From contig SVOC01000012.1 of the NCBI GenBank assembly GCA_015066625.1, forward strand, positions 3,123 to 67,122: DNA of 64,000 nucleotides. The letters run 5' to 3'. This stretch comes from Oscillospiraceae bacterium (lineage in GTDB: Bacteria; Bacillota; Clostridia; Oscillospirales; Acutalibacteraceae). The notes under the pieces are model-generated. The model did no database searches. It saw nothing but the letters and a program-made list of their open reading frames with translations, and had not been told where the DNA came from. Below are positions 44,981 to 54,710 of the stretch, piece by piece (within the stretch, counting starts at the first letter, position 1; each line of letters opens with the position of its first letter). The position numbers were made by a program, and so were the translations under genes.

Positions 44981-46726
44981 TTATTTGCTGTACTTGCCTC
45001 TCTTCACATAGTGAGTGTGAAGAACTTCATGTGCAACGTGGCTGCCGGGCTTCTCGAAATACTCGGCATAAACCGCCTTAACAGCTTCGTTTTCGTGTGA
45101 CTTTCTTACGGGGAGATTTGCATCTGCCTCATAAAGAGCCTTACCTCTGATGCCTTTAAGGTCAACAAAGTTGCGGACGCTTGCGGGCTGTACGGGCTGA
45201 CCGCCGCCGTTTACGCAGCCGCCGGGGCAAGCCATAATTTCAACAAACTGATAGTCTGCTGTGCCTGCCTTGATTTTTTCCATAACAGTCTGAGCATTCT
45301 TCAGACCGCTTGCAGCGCAAACCTTGATTTCCTTGCCTGCGATGGTGTAGGTTGCTTCTTTAAGACCGTCGGTACCTCTTACCTCGGTGAATTCAAGAGC
45401 CTTGAGCTCTTCACCTGTAAGAACTTCGTAAGCAGTTCTGAGAGCTGCTTCCATAACGCCGCCGGTTGCGCCGAAGATAACGCCTGCACCTGAGCCTTCG
45501 CCGAGAGGATTATCGAATTCTTCGTCGGGAAGATTGTTGAAGGTGATGCCTGCGGTTTCAATCATTCTTGCAAGCTCACGGGTTGTGAGAGCGTAGTCAA
45601 CATCTGCATAGCCGCTTGCTGACTGGTCTGCTCTGCCTGCCTCAAATTTCTTTGCGGTACAGGGCATAATGCTTACAACAACGATATCCTTGGGGTCAAG
45701 GTTCATCTTCTTTGCATACCAGGTCTTGATAACTGCGCCGAACATCTGCTGAGGTGACTTACAGCTTGAAAGGTGGTCAATCTGCTCGGGGAAGTAATGC
45801 TCGCAATACTTAACCCAGCCGGGTGAGCAGGATGTGATAAGGGGCAGAACGCCGCCGTTGTTGATTCTGTCAAGAAGCTCGGTTGCTTCTTCCATGATTG
45901 TAAGGTCGGCTGAGAAATCGGTATCGAATACCTTGCTGAAGCCGAGTCTGCGGAGTGCAGCAACCATCTTGCCTGTTACGTTTGTGCCGATAGCGTTGCC
46001 AAAGCATTCGCCGAGAGTAACTCTGATTGAAGGAGCAGTGTTGACAACAACAAACTTGTCGGGGTCAGCAATTGCTTCAAATACCTTTGCGGTATCATCC
46101 TTCTCATAAAGTGCGCCAACGGGGCAGTTAACAATACACTGACCGCAGGATACACATGAGAAATCGTTAAGGGGAAGCTCGAAGGGTGAGCCGATATGAG
46201 TATCGAAGCCTCTTGCGCTTGCACCGATAACGCTGATTGCCTGATTGTCACAAGCAGCTACACAGCGGCGGCAAAGCACGCACTTGCTGTTATCTCTGAT
46301 CATGTGAGCAGCCGAATCGTCATACTGGAATTCGGGATATACACCTTCAAAGGTGTCAAGCTTGTCCACGCCGTAATCCTTGCAAAGCTTCTGAAGCTCG
46401 CAGTTACCGCTTCTTACACATGAAAGGCAATCCTTTCTGTGAGTTGAAAGAACAAGCTCAAGGTTCATCTTGCGGCTCTTTCTTACCTTCTCTGTGTTTG
46501 TGAAGATTTCCATACCCTCGTTTACGGGGAATACGCAGGATGCAACGAGTGAGCGTGCGCCCTTAACTTCAACCATACACATACGGCAAGCGCCGATTTC
46601 GTTCATTTCTTTGAGGTAGCAGAGAGTGGGGATTTCGATACCCGCATATCTTGCAGCCTCAAGGATTGTAATGCCCTTGGGAACACTCAGGGGCATATTG
46701 TTTATTTTAATGTTTACCATTTCCAT
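44981..46726 (-). CDS. hydA: [FeFe] hydrogenase large subunit (HydA of a HydABC-type complex)
   Basis: N-terminal 2Fe-2S and multiple 4Fe-4S motifs. H-cluster motifs are L2 MPCTAKKFE and L3 EIMACPGGCVNGGGQP, while L1 reads TSCSPGW. Confidence 0.9.
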   Translation of the reverse strand: MEMVNIKINNMPLSVPKGITILEAARYAGIEIPTLCYLKEMNEIGACRMCMVEVKGARSLVASCVFPVNEGMEIFTNTEKVRKSRKMNLELVLSTHRKDCLSCVRSGNCELQKLCKDYGVDKLDTFEGVYPEFQYDDSAAHMIRDNSKCVLCRRCVAACDNQAISVIGASARGFDTHIGSPFELPLNDFSCVSCGQCIVNCPVGALYEKDDTAKVFEAIADPDKFVVVNTAPSIRVTLGECFGNAIGTNVTGKMVAALRRLGFSKVFDTDFSADLTIMEEATELLDRINNGGVLPLITSCSPGWVKYCEHYFPEQIDHLSSCKSPQQMFGAVIKTWYAKKMNLDPKDIVVVSIMPCTAKKFEAGRADQSASGYADVDYALTTRELARMIETAGITFNNLPDEEFDNPLGEGSGAGVIFGATGGVMEAALRTAYEVLTGEELKALEFTEVRGTDGLKEATYTIAGKEIKVCAASGLKNAQTVMEKIKAGTADYQFVEIMACPGGCVNGGGQPVQPASVRNFVDLKGIRGKALYEADANLPVRKSHENEAVKAVYAEYFEKPGSHVAHEVLHTHYVKRGKYSK

Positions 46727-46744
46727 TATATTATGCCTCCTCTG

Positions 46745-48547
46745 TTAAGCTTTGCTGATAGCGCCGAACTTACATGAATCCATACAAGCACCGCACTTGA
46801 TACACTTGGTTGTATCGATGGTGTGGGGGTTCTTGACTGTGCCGCTGATTGCGCCGACGGGGCACTTTCTTGCACAAAGAGTACAGCCCTTACACTTATC
46901 TGCATCGATTACATAGTTAAGAAGCTTCTTACATACGCCTGCGGGGCACTTCTTATCAACAACGTGAGCAATGTATTCCTCACGGAAGAACTTAAGTGTT
47001 GCAAGAACGGGGTTGGGAGCTGTCTGGCCAAGACCGCAGAGTGAGTTTTCCTTGATGTAATATGCAAGCTCTTCAAGCTTATCGATATCTTCAAGAGTAC
47101 CGTTACCGTCGGTAATCTTCTCAAGAATTTCCATCATACGCTTTGTACCGATACGGCAGGGAGCACACTTACCGCAGGATTCGTCAACTGTGAAGTCAAG
47201 GAAGAACTTTGCAATGTCAACCATACAGTTGTCTTCGTCCATAACGATAAGACCGCCTGAACCCATCATACAGCCGATAGCTGTAAGGTTATCGTAGTCA
47301 ATGGGAGTATCGATAAGGCTTACGGGGATACATCCGCCTGAAGGACCGCCTGTCTGAGCAGCCTTGAACTTCTTGCCGTTGGGGATGCCGCCGCCGATAT
47401 CATAAATGATTTCACGGAGAGTTGTACCCATGGGAATTTCAACAAGACCTGTGTTTTCAATCTTGCCGCCGAGAGCGAACACCTTTGTACCCTTTGACTT
47501 CTCGGTACCCATTGATGCAAACCAATCAGCACCTTTAAGAATAATCTGAGGAATGTTTGCAAAGGTTTCAACGTTATTTTCTGTTGTGGGCTTGCCGAAA
47601 AGACCCTTTACTGCGGGATAGGGAGGACGGGGTCTGGGCTCACCTCTGTTGCCTTCGATTGAGGTCATGAGAGCAGTTTCTTCACCGCAAACGAATGCGC
47701 CTGCACCGAGACGGATGAACAGGTCAAAATCAAAGCCGCTGTCAAATATGTTCTTGCCGAGAAGACCGTATTCTCTTGCCTGGTCGATAGCAAGCTGAAG
47801 ACGCTTAACAGCGATGGGGTACTCTGCACGGACGTATACATAACCTTCGGTAGCGCCTGTTGCGTAACCGCAGATAGCCATAGCTTCGATAAGGCAATGG
47901 GGGTCACCTTCAAGAACGGAACGGTCCATGAATGCACCGGGGTCGCCTTCGTCAGCGTTACATACAACATACTTCTGGTCTGCTGCGTTTGCTGCAGTGA
48001 AGCTCCACTTAAGACCGGTGGGGAAGCCGCCGCCGCCTCTGCCGCGGAGACCTGAATCCTTAACAACCTGAACAACCTCTTCGGGCTTCATTTCGGTAAG
48101 AACCTTACCGAGGGCTGCGTAACCGTCCATTGCGATGTATTCGTCAATGTTTTCGGGGTCGATAAGACCGCAGTTACGAAGAGCAACTCTCTTCTGGGTC
48201 TTATAGAAGTTTGTGTCATTAAGTGAAATTGTTTTGCCTGCTTCTTCAATAACACTCTCGTCTGCATCCTTGTAAACAAGTCTGTCTACAGGACGGCCCT
48301 TGAGAAGGTGTTCCGAAACGATTTCGGCAACGTCACTTTCCTGAACACGGCTGTAGAATGTGCCTTCGGGGTAGATGATAACAACGGGGCCCAAAGCGCA
48401 AAGACCGAAACAGCCGGTCTGAACAACCTTTACTTCGTCTGCGAGACCGTTCTTTTCGATTTCGCTTTCGAAGGTTGAAATGAGTACCTTACTGCCCGAT
48501 GAAGTACAGCCGGTACCGCCGCAAATCAATACGTGAGAACGAATCAT
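46745..48547 (-). CDS. hydB: NuoF-like NAD(P)H-binding flavoprotein subunit (HydB)
   Basis: GRGGGGFPTG FMN/NADH motifs, an N-terminal thioredoxin-like 2Fe-2S domain and C-terminal 2x[4Fe-4S]. Confidence 0.9.
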   Translation of the reverse strand: MIRSHVLICGGTGCTSSGSKVLISTFESEIEKNGLADEVKVVQTGCFGLCALGPVVIIYPEGTFYSRVQESDVAEIVSEHLLKGRPVDRLVYKDADESVIEEAGKTISLNDTNFYKTQKRVALRNCGLIDPENIDEYIAMDGYAALGKVLTEMKPEEVVQVVKDSGLRGRGGGGFPTGLKWSFTAANAADQKYVVCNADEGDPGAFMDRSVLEGDPHCLIEAMAICGYATGATEGYVYVRAEYPIAVKRLQLAIDQAREYGLLGKNIFDSGFDFDLFIRLGAGAFVCGEETALMTSIEGNRGEPRPRPPYPAVKGLFGKPTTENNVETFANIPQIILKGADWFASMGTEKSKGTKVFALGGKIENTGLVEIPMGTTLREIIYDIGGGIPNGKKFKAAQTGGPSGGCIPVSLIDTPIDYDNLTAIGCMMGSGGLIVMDEDNCMVDIAKFFLDFTVDESCGKCAPCRIGTKRMMEILEKITDGNGTLEDIDKLEELAYYIKENSLCGLGQTAPNPVLATLKFFREEYIAHVVDKKCPAGVCKKLLNYVIDADKCKGCTLCARKCPVGAISGTVKNPHTIDTTKCIKCGACMDSCKFGAISKA

Positions 48548-48563
48548 ATTTCTTTAACCTCCA

Positions 48564-48935
48564 TTATGAGATAGCGTTGCTGATTGTGTATTCCTGAATA
48601 ACCTTGCCGCCTTTAAGGTGCTTTTCGATAACTTCAGCAGCCTTTTCGGGGGTCATTTTGATGTAGGTAACCTTTTCTTTGTCTGCCTCAAAGATTTCAA
48701 CAACGGGCTCGTACTGGCAAACGCCGATACAGCCTGTCTGTGAAACAGTAACCTTTTCTGCAAGACCTGCGTTGCTTACGCCTTCAACGAATGCGTTGAG
48801 AACGGGTCTTGCGCCTGCTGCGATACCGCAGGTTGCCATACCGACAACTACTCTGATTTCGCCGCTGCCTTCGCGAAGAACAACCTTGTCCTTCATCTTT
48901 TCTCTGATTGCTGCAAGCTCAGCCAATGATTTCAT
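48564..48935 (-). CDS. Thioredoxin-like [2Fe-2S] ferredoxin
   Basis: 123 aa with MATCGIAAG...CIGVC pattern. Confidence 0.8.
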   Translation of the reverse strand: MKSLAELAAIREKMKDKVVLREGSGEIRVVVGMATCGIAAGARPVLNAFVEGVSNAGLAEKVTVSQTGCIGVCQYEPVVEIFEADKEKVTYIKMTPEKAAEVIEKHLKGGKVIQEYTISNAIS

Positions 48936-48971
48936 AGTATCTATCCTCTCTTTAAATATTAAACATTATTA

Positions 48972-49520
48972 TCAAACGGATTCATAGCCCTCTCTGAGGT
49001 AGCCTTCAATCCATTTTATAACTTCGTAATTATCAAGCGGAACATCCCCCAGAATTTCACGCAGCTCTCTTGTATCAAGCTCAACGGAGCCGTTTTCTTT
49101 GATATGCTCAAACCGCCACTCAATATAGGGCGAGCCCTGAATAAGTGTTGTCACGGTTGAAACCATATCCCCTACAGGAGTGAAATCAAGGTGATTCATA
49201 TAAAATTCCGCCGTCACCGTTGTTCCGTGCTTTTGGGGATTATCCTCTTGGCTGACGGAAGCAATTGTTATTCCTCCCCCCGTCTGCTCAGCCGCAAGCT
49301 TCAGCAGAGGTACACCCATACCGACGCTCCGTGTGGTGCGTGTGGTGTAGAAAGGATTCATAACGTTTTTTACGGTTTCTTCGCTCATTCCGCAGCCGTC
49401 GTCCTCAATAATGAGTGTTAACTTTCCGTCTGCTTCAACAAGCTTTATAAGAATGTTCTCAGCCCTTGCCTTGACGGAATTCATTGCAATGTCAAGAACA
49501 TTCAGTGATAACTCTTTCAT
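48972..49520 (-). CDS. GHKL-type ATP-binding protein (histidine-kinase-like ATPase only)
   Basis: LNVLDIAMNS (N-box), DDGCGM (G1) and GMGVPLL (G2). Confidence 0.7.
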   Translation of the reverse strand: MKELSLNVLDIAMNSVKARAENILIKLVEADGKLTLIIEDDGCGMSEETVKNVMNPFYTTRTTRSVGMGVPLLKLAAEQTGGGITIASVSQEDNPQKHGTTVTAEFYMNHLDFTPVGDMVSTVTTLIQGSPYIEWRFEHIKENGSVELDTRELREILGDVPLDNYEVIKWIEGYLREGYESV

Positions 49521-49527
49521 AAGCCTT

Positions 49528-50262
49528 TCACAAACCTCTCAGCCTTTCAAAAAGCTTTTTGCGGATATTTTCGGGAGTTTCTTCCTCAACATCAAGCTCA
49601 AAGCAGTTGAGCCTTCCGCTGATATCCCAGAGATAATGGGCATCTGACGAAACAACAAGGGGCTTGTCTGCAATAATCGGGAATTTTTCTTTATATTCTC
49701 CGATTTTGTCGCTGTCGTGAAGCTCGGCACAAGGGAAATACGGCATTTCGGGGAAGATACCCAGAGTTGCGATAATTCCGTTTGCCTCTCTGTCGATATG
49801 TGCAGGGTAGCATATTCCGCCAAACCGCTCAACAAGGCTCGGTGCTTCGTCAACGGTAATCAGGGTTGCATTTGAAAGCAGATAATCGTCAACTCCGATA
49901 ACCTCATCATTTTCATCCATTATCATCTGCCTGCCGAAAATATCAACACGGTTTTTGAACGGTATTCTGCGTGTATTCACTTCCTCGCTGAATTTCAGCG
50001 CATCGGAAAGCTGCTCAAAAAGGCAGACAAGGTGAATATCCTCCGCAGTTGTAAGCTCCATGCCTGCAACGGGCACAATGCCGTTTGCCTCAGCAGTTTT
50101 GAAAAACGCAGGGCAGTTAAGGCAGGTGTTGTGGTCCGTCAATGCCATAATATCCAGCTTAGCCACAACGCCCATACCTGCGATGTTGTTGGGCGTCATA
50201 TCGTCGTCACCGCAGGGCGAAAGGCAGGAATGCATATGCAGGTCGTAATAATACTTTTTCAT
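49528..50262 (-). CDS. PHP-domain phosphoesterase
   Basis: DLHMHSCLSPCGD and ALTDHN motifs. Start at ATG 50262, adjacent to the stop of the upstream gene. Confidence 0.75.
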   Translation of the reverse strand: MKKYYYDLHMHSCLSPCGDDDMTPNNIAGMGVVAKLDIMALTDHNTCLNCPAFFKTAEANGIVPVAGMELTTAEDIHLVCLFEQLSDALKFSEEVNTRRIPFKNRVDIFGRQMIMDENDEVIGVDDYLLSNATLITVDEAPSLVERFGGICYPAHIDREANGIIATLGIFPEMPYFPCAELHDSDKIGEYKEKFPIIADKPLVVSSDAHYLWDISGRLNCFELDVEEETPENIRKKLFERLRGL

Positions 50263-50263
50263 A

Positions 50264-50599
50264 TCAGAGCCTTGATGCCAGTGCCATTGCCGTTTCATAG
50301 GCAGGCATACCGGCTGTGAGAATGTTGATGCCCTTTGCATTTGCGGTTTCTTTCACCGCCGTGTCAAGCTCAACACCCTCGGCAAGAATAACGCAGGCAA
50401 CATCCGCAAGAGCTGCAACGGCGGCAATATTGATGTTGGACATTATTGTTATCCACGCATCGTCCGCCTTGGCTCTGCCCATTACCCAGCTCAGAAGGTC
50501 GCCGATGTAAACGCCGTTTATCTTTCTCTCTCCGTCAGGCAGGGTCACTGCTTTGAAGCCCTGCACTGCGGCAAGCTCACTGACCGTCAACCGGCTCAC
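50264..50599 (-). CDS. DRTGG-domain protein
   Basis: 111 aa, pattern VYIGDLLSWVM...ILAEG. GTG start that overlaps the upstream gene. Confidence 0.65.
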   Translation of the reverse strand: MSRLTVSELAAVQGFKAVTLPDGERKINGVYIGDLLSWVMGRAKADDAWITIMSNINIAAVAALADVACVILAEGVELDTAVKETANAKGINILTAGMPAYETAMALASRL

Positions 50600-51875
50600 C
50601 TCCGTCGTATTCTTTGATATACTTTTTAATGAATTCCTTATAGGCGATTATGCACTCGTTTCTGTCCGCATTACCCATAACAATATCCTCTGCAAAAGCA
50701 CGGCAGTTGGGAGCGCCGCAGGAACCGCAGTCAATACCCGGCAATTCCTTGCGTAATGCCTGAATCTTTGCCATAAGCCTCATTGACTCGCCTATACTGT
50801 CGCTGAGTCTGTTAAGAGGCTTGTAGCTGGGCATATCGGGAAGGAATTTTTCACCCGGAATGTAGCTTTCATCCTCCGGTACGGAATTGAGAGCAACGGG
50901 CATATAACGCCTTAAGGTGTGAAGTCTGTTTTTTGCAACATAGGGATTTTCAATGGTAAGAACTCCGCCTACGCAGCCGCCGGGGCAAGCGTTAAGCTCA
51001 ACAAAATCAATGGGCGGTATGTTGCCGTCCTCAATCTGGTCAAGCACGGAGATAACATTGTTGATGCCGTCTGCCGCAAGAATCTTATCGTTGAGAAGCG
51101 CAGAGCCTTCGCCGCCGCAGATAGCCCAGCTTATGCCGATTCTGCCTGACTGTGACGATGCATCGCACTCCTTTTCACGATTCATAACATTTATGAGCCT
51201 GAGATAAATCTCGCTCATCGATACAACAAGGTCAACCTCGCTTTTGTAGCTGCCGAAGCCGTTGCGCGCATAGCTCACCTTTGCAGGGCAGGGCGAAATA
51301 AAGCAGGTGCATATTTCTTCCCTCTTAAGCTCGGGGTGAGCCTTCAGCGCCTCCTCTTTTGCCGTTGCGGCGGCAACCTCCATGGGAGGAAGCAGAGGCA
51401 GAAGATTATCCTTCAGAAACGGGAAACGCAGAGCAATAAGCCTTGCAACAACGGGACACGCCGTGCTGATAACGGGCTTTTTGATGCCTTCGGTCTGCAG
51501 ATAAACCCTTGTGTAATCAGATACAATTTCCGCCGCCCTGGCAACCTCAAAAACTTCATCAAAGCCGATGTCAAGCAAACCCTGAAGCACATAGCTGATG
51601 TTGTCAAGATTGTCAAACTGCGCCATAAGTGCAGGTGCAGGCAACGCAATCCTGTATTTGTAATTTTTGATTTCGTCAAAAGAGTTGCATATGCTCTTTT
51701 TGGCGTTGTTGGGGCAGTTCCTTATGCACTCGCCGCAGTCAATGCATCTTTCGGAATCAATTACCGCGCAGCCGTTACGCACACGGATTGCCTCTGTGGG
51801 GCAATGCTTCATGCAGGTTGTGCATCCCGTACATTTTGATGCGTCAAGTGACACGGAATGGATGTATGTATTCAT
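50577..51875 (-). CDS. [FeFe]-hydrogenase-like putative sensory protein (HydS/HfsB-like, no PAS domain)
   Basis: N-terminal 2x[4Fe-4S]. H-domain motifs STACPVV (L1 with Ala-Cys), SPCPAK (L2) and ACPGGCVGG (L3). C-terminal CGSCGAPNC Fe-S motif. Confidence 0.75.
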   Translation of the reverse strand: MNTYIHSVSLDASKCTGCTTCMKHCPTEAIRVRNGCAVIDSERCIDCGECIRNCPNNAKKSICNSFDEIKNYKYRIALPAPALMAQFDNLDNISYVLQGLLDIGFDEVFEVARAAEIVSDYTRVYLQTEGIKKPVISTACPVVARLIALRFPFLKDNLLPLLPPMEVAAATAKEEALKAHPELKREEICTCFISPCPAKVSYARNGFGSYKSEVDLVVSMSEIYLRLINVMNREKECDASSQSGRIGISWAICGGEGSALLNDKILAADGINNVISVLDQIEDGNIPPIDFVELNACPGGCVGGVLTIENPYVAKNRLHTLRRYMPVALNSVPEDESYIPGEKFLPDMPSYKPLNRLSDSIGESMRLMAKIQALRKELPGIDCGSCGAPNCRAFAEDIVMGNADRNECIIAYKEFIKKYIKEYDGGEPVDGQ

Positions 51876-51894
51876 CCGAAAACCAACCTCCGAA

Positions 51895-52317
51895 TCAGTA
51901 ATTGACCTTCATCGTGATGGTCGTTCCTTCGCCTACAACCGAATCAATGTGCATATAGTCGGTGTAGCGTTTCATATTCGGCAGACCCATACCTGCGCCG
52001 AAGCCCAGTGAACGCACATTATCGGGGGCAGTTGAGAAGCCCTCCTGCATAGCCTGTTCGATATTGGGAATGCCGGGACCTGTGTCTTTAAGAATAATTT
52101 CCACACTTTCGTCGCTGACGATAACATCCGCAACTCCGCCCTGTGCGTGGATAACCATATTGATTTCGCCCTCGTACATTGCGATTGAAACCCTGCGGAT
52201 TGTTTCGGGGTCAACGCCAAGCTCGCGCAGATTCTTTTTAACCTGAACGGAAGCCTGACCTGCCGATGTGAAATTATCGCCGTCAACTTCAAAGTGAAAA
52301 ACCAAGGGTTCAGCCAT
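51895..52317 (-). CDS. Anti-sigma-regulatory-factor-like Ser/Thr kinase (HATPase_c)
   Basis: YEGEINMVIH, DTGPGI and GFGAGMGLPN motifs. Start at ATG 52317 overlaps the upstream gene by 8 nt. Confidence 0.7.
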   Translation of the reverse strand: MAEPLVFHFEVDGDNFTSAGQASVQVKKNLRELGVDPETIRRVSIAMYEGEINMVIHAQGGVADVIVSDESVEIILKDTGPGIPNIEQAMQEGFSTAPDNVRSLGFGAGMGLPNMKRYTDYMHIDSVVGEGTTITMKVNY

Positions 52318-52666
52318 GTAATTCACCATTTCCTTTAAGTCCGTTTGAATAGAGTATGCCGCAGGCTTCGTACATACGCCTGGGCGTTGTAAGAATAACC
52401 ATTCCGCTTTCCTTCGCAAGGTCAATCATATCCTGCGACGGCTGTTTGGAACGGACAAACACTATGCAGAGCATATCCATCATTTCAGCGGTTCTGATAA
52501 CCTGAGCGTTGACAAGGCCTGTCATAAGCACTGCCTGGTCTTTAACATATGCGAGAACATCGCTCATCATGTCGCTGCCGCAGGCTGAGTGAATTTCTTT
52601 TCCCAGGTTTTCGCTGCCGCAAAGCACCTGAGCGCCCAGTAAATCTTTAATGTCATTGATTGTCAT
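52310..52666 (-). CDS. DRTGG-domain protein
   Basis: Pattern ACGSDMMSDVL...LMTGL...VILT. Start at ATG 52666. Confidence 0.65.
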   Translation of the reverse strand: MTINDIKDLLGAQVLCGSENLGKEIHSACGSDMMSDVLAYVKDQAVLMTGLVNAQVIRTAEMMDMLCIVFVRSKQPSQDMIDLAKESGMVILTTPRRMYEACGILYSNGLKGNGELHG

Positions 52667-52692
52667 TGCCGAATCCCTCATTTTCAAGTGGA

Positions 52693-53190
52693 TTAGTTCT
52701 GATATTTTGCGATGATATCGGGAATCTCGTCGGGAGTTACTCTGCCGTAAACATCATCATTGATTGTGAAAACGGGAGCAAGACCGCAGGCACCGATGCA
52801 GCGGCAAGCCTCAACCGAGAATTTAAGGTCGGCTGTGCATTCGCCGGGAGCTACGCCGAGAACTTCACAGATTTTATCAAGAATTTCCTGTGAGCCCTTA
52901 ACATAGCAGGCTGTACCGAGGCAAACCGAGATGTTGTATTTGCCCTTGGGAGTGAGTGAGAAAAGTGCATAGAAGCTTGCTACGCCGTAAACCTTCTGAA
53001 GGGGAACATCCATACCGTCAGCAATCATTTTCTGAACCTCGATGGGCAGATAGCCGTAAATGTTCTGTGCCTCCTGCATAACGTGCATAAGCATGCTCTT
53101 GTCACCGGTGCACTCTGCAATGATTGCTTTGAGCTGAGCTTCCTGCTCAGGTGTGCCGGTGAAGGGTAAGTTGCTAATCTTTTTCAGCAT
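52693..53190 (-). CDS. hydC: NuoE-like [2Fe-2S] subunit (HydC)
   Basis: Four-Cys pattern CLGTAC...C...CIGAC and 165 aa. First gene of the operon. Confidence 0.9.
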   Translation of the reverse strand: MLKKISNLPFTGTPEQEAQLKAIIAECTGDKSMLMHVMQEAQNIYGYLPIEVQKMIADGMDVPLQKVYGVASFYALFSLTPKGKYNISVCLGTACYVKGSQEILDKICEVLGVAPGECTADLKFSVEACRCIGACGLAPVFTINDDVYGRVTPDEIPDIIAKYQN

Positions 53191-53426
53191 TAAGCCATTC
53201 CTCCTGAATGAAATATTTTTGCTGTTTAATAAAACATAAATTCATGATGCAGACTGTCATAAAACCACAACCCTGCATTCTAAGCCATTATAACATACAA
53301 TTATAGAAAATGCTACTTTTTTATCGGTATTTTTTGCACGAATACACACAAATTTTTCTGGATTTTTTGTATAAATATTCTCTTTTGCAAGTTTAATTAT
53401 TCAATCCTGCATTTTCGGAGCTCTGA

Positions 53427-53456
53427 TTGACAACATATGCCGTTTCGTGGTATATT
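53427..53456 (+). promoter_or_regulatory. Sigma-A-type promoter
   Basis: TTGACA-N18-TATATT with a TGg extended -10. Confidence 0.6.
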
Positions 53457-53484
53457 GATAAAAAAATCAGAAGTGGTAGAATTT

Positions 53485-54708
53485 ATGAAGAATAAACGCA
53501 ATTTTCCTTTTGTAACCGTAACCAAAAAAGCGGAAGCATCAATCAAAAGAGGTCATCCCTGGGTGTACGATGCGGAAATCACACAGTCCGCAGGCGAATT
53601 CGAAAACGGCTGTCTTGTTGACGTGCTTTCACTCAAAGGCTCTTATCTGGGCACGGGTTTTCTCAGCGAAAACAGTAAAATCAGAATAAGAATTCTTTCC
53701 TCAAACGCAAACGAAGCCTTCACCGCCGCATTCTGGGAAAGAAGGCTCCGCTATGCCGTGGATTACAGAAAAACCGTTATGGGCGATGACTTCAGCAACT
53801 GCCGTCTGATATTCGGTGAAGCCGACGGTCTGCCCGGTCTGACGGTTGACAGATTCTCCGATATTCTTGTGGCACAGGTGCTTTCCTACGGTATGGATAA
53901 AATCAAGGATATGATTTACAAAACCCTTGTAAAAATTCTCCGTGAAAACGGCGAAGAAATCAGCGGTGTTTTTGAGCGTAACGATGTTGCAATCCGAGAG
54001 CTCGAAGGTCTTTCGCAGTACAAGGGCTGGTATGAAGCAATACCCCATCCCGATTCTCCCGTAACCGAAATATGCGAAAACGGAATAAAATATTTTGTGG
54101 ATGTTGAAAACGGTCAGAAAACAGGCTTTTTCCTTGACCAGAAATACAACCGCCTTGCGGTTTCAAAAATCGCCAAAGGCAAAAAAGTCCTTGACTGCTT
54201 TACCCATACGGGCTCCTTTGCACTCAACGCCGCAATGGGCGGTGCAGAAAGAGTAACCGCCGTTGACATCTCCGAAACCGCAGTTAAAATGGCACAGGCA
54301 AATGCCGAAAGAAACGGTCTTGACGGCAGAATGGATTTCCTTGCCGCCGATGTTTTTGACCTTCTGCCTCAGCTTGAAGCAAAGGGCGGAAAGCCCTATG
54401 ATTTCATTATTCTCGACCCTCCCGCATTCACAAAAAGCCGTAAAACAGTAAAGAATGCAGAAAAGGGCTACAAGGAAATCAATTACAGAGCAATGAAGCT
54501 TCTCCCCAGAGGCGGTTACCTTGCAACCTGCTCCTGCTCACACTTTATGCGCAACGATTTATTTGTTAAAATGCTTCACGATGCCGCCGCCGATGCAGGT
54601 GTACAGCTCAAACAGATTGAAGCCCGTCAGCAGTGCTGCGACCATCCCGTTTTGTGGAATGTGCCCGAAACGGATTACCTTAAATTCTATATTTTTCAGG
54701 TGGTGTAA
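53485..54708 (+). CDS. Class I SAM-dependent rRNA methyltransferase (RlmI/PUA type)
   Basis: HPWVYD PUA-like N-terminus, SAM motif VLDCFTHTGSFAL, and ILDPPAF. Confidence 0.85.
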   Translation: MKNKRNFPFVTVTKKAEASIKRGHPWVYDAEITQSAGEFENGCLVDVLSLKGSYLGTGFLSENSKIRIRILSSNANEAFTAAFWERRLRYAVDYRKTVMGDDFSNCRLIFGEADGLPGLTVDRFSDILVAQVLSYGMDKIKDMIYKTLVKILRENGEEISGVFERNDVAIRELEGLSQYKGWYEAIPHPDSPVTEICENGIKYFVDVENGQKTGFFLDQKYNRLAVSKIAKGKKVLDCFTHTGSFALNAAMGGAERVTAVDISETAVKMAQANAERNGLDGRMDFLAADVFDLLPQLEAKGGKPYDFIILDPPAFTKSRKTVKNAEKGYKEINYRAMKLLPRGGYLATCSCSHFMRNDLFVKMLHDAAADAGVQLKQIEARQQCCDHPVLWNVPETDYLKFYIFQVV

Positions 54709-54710
54709 GT

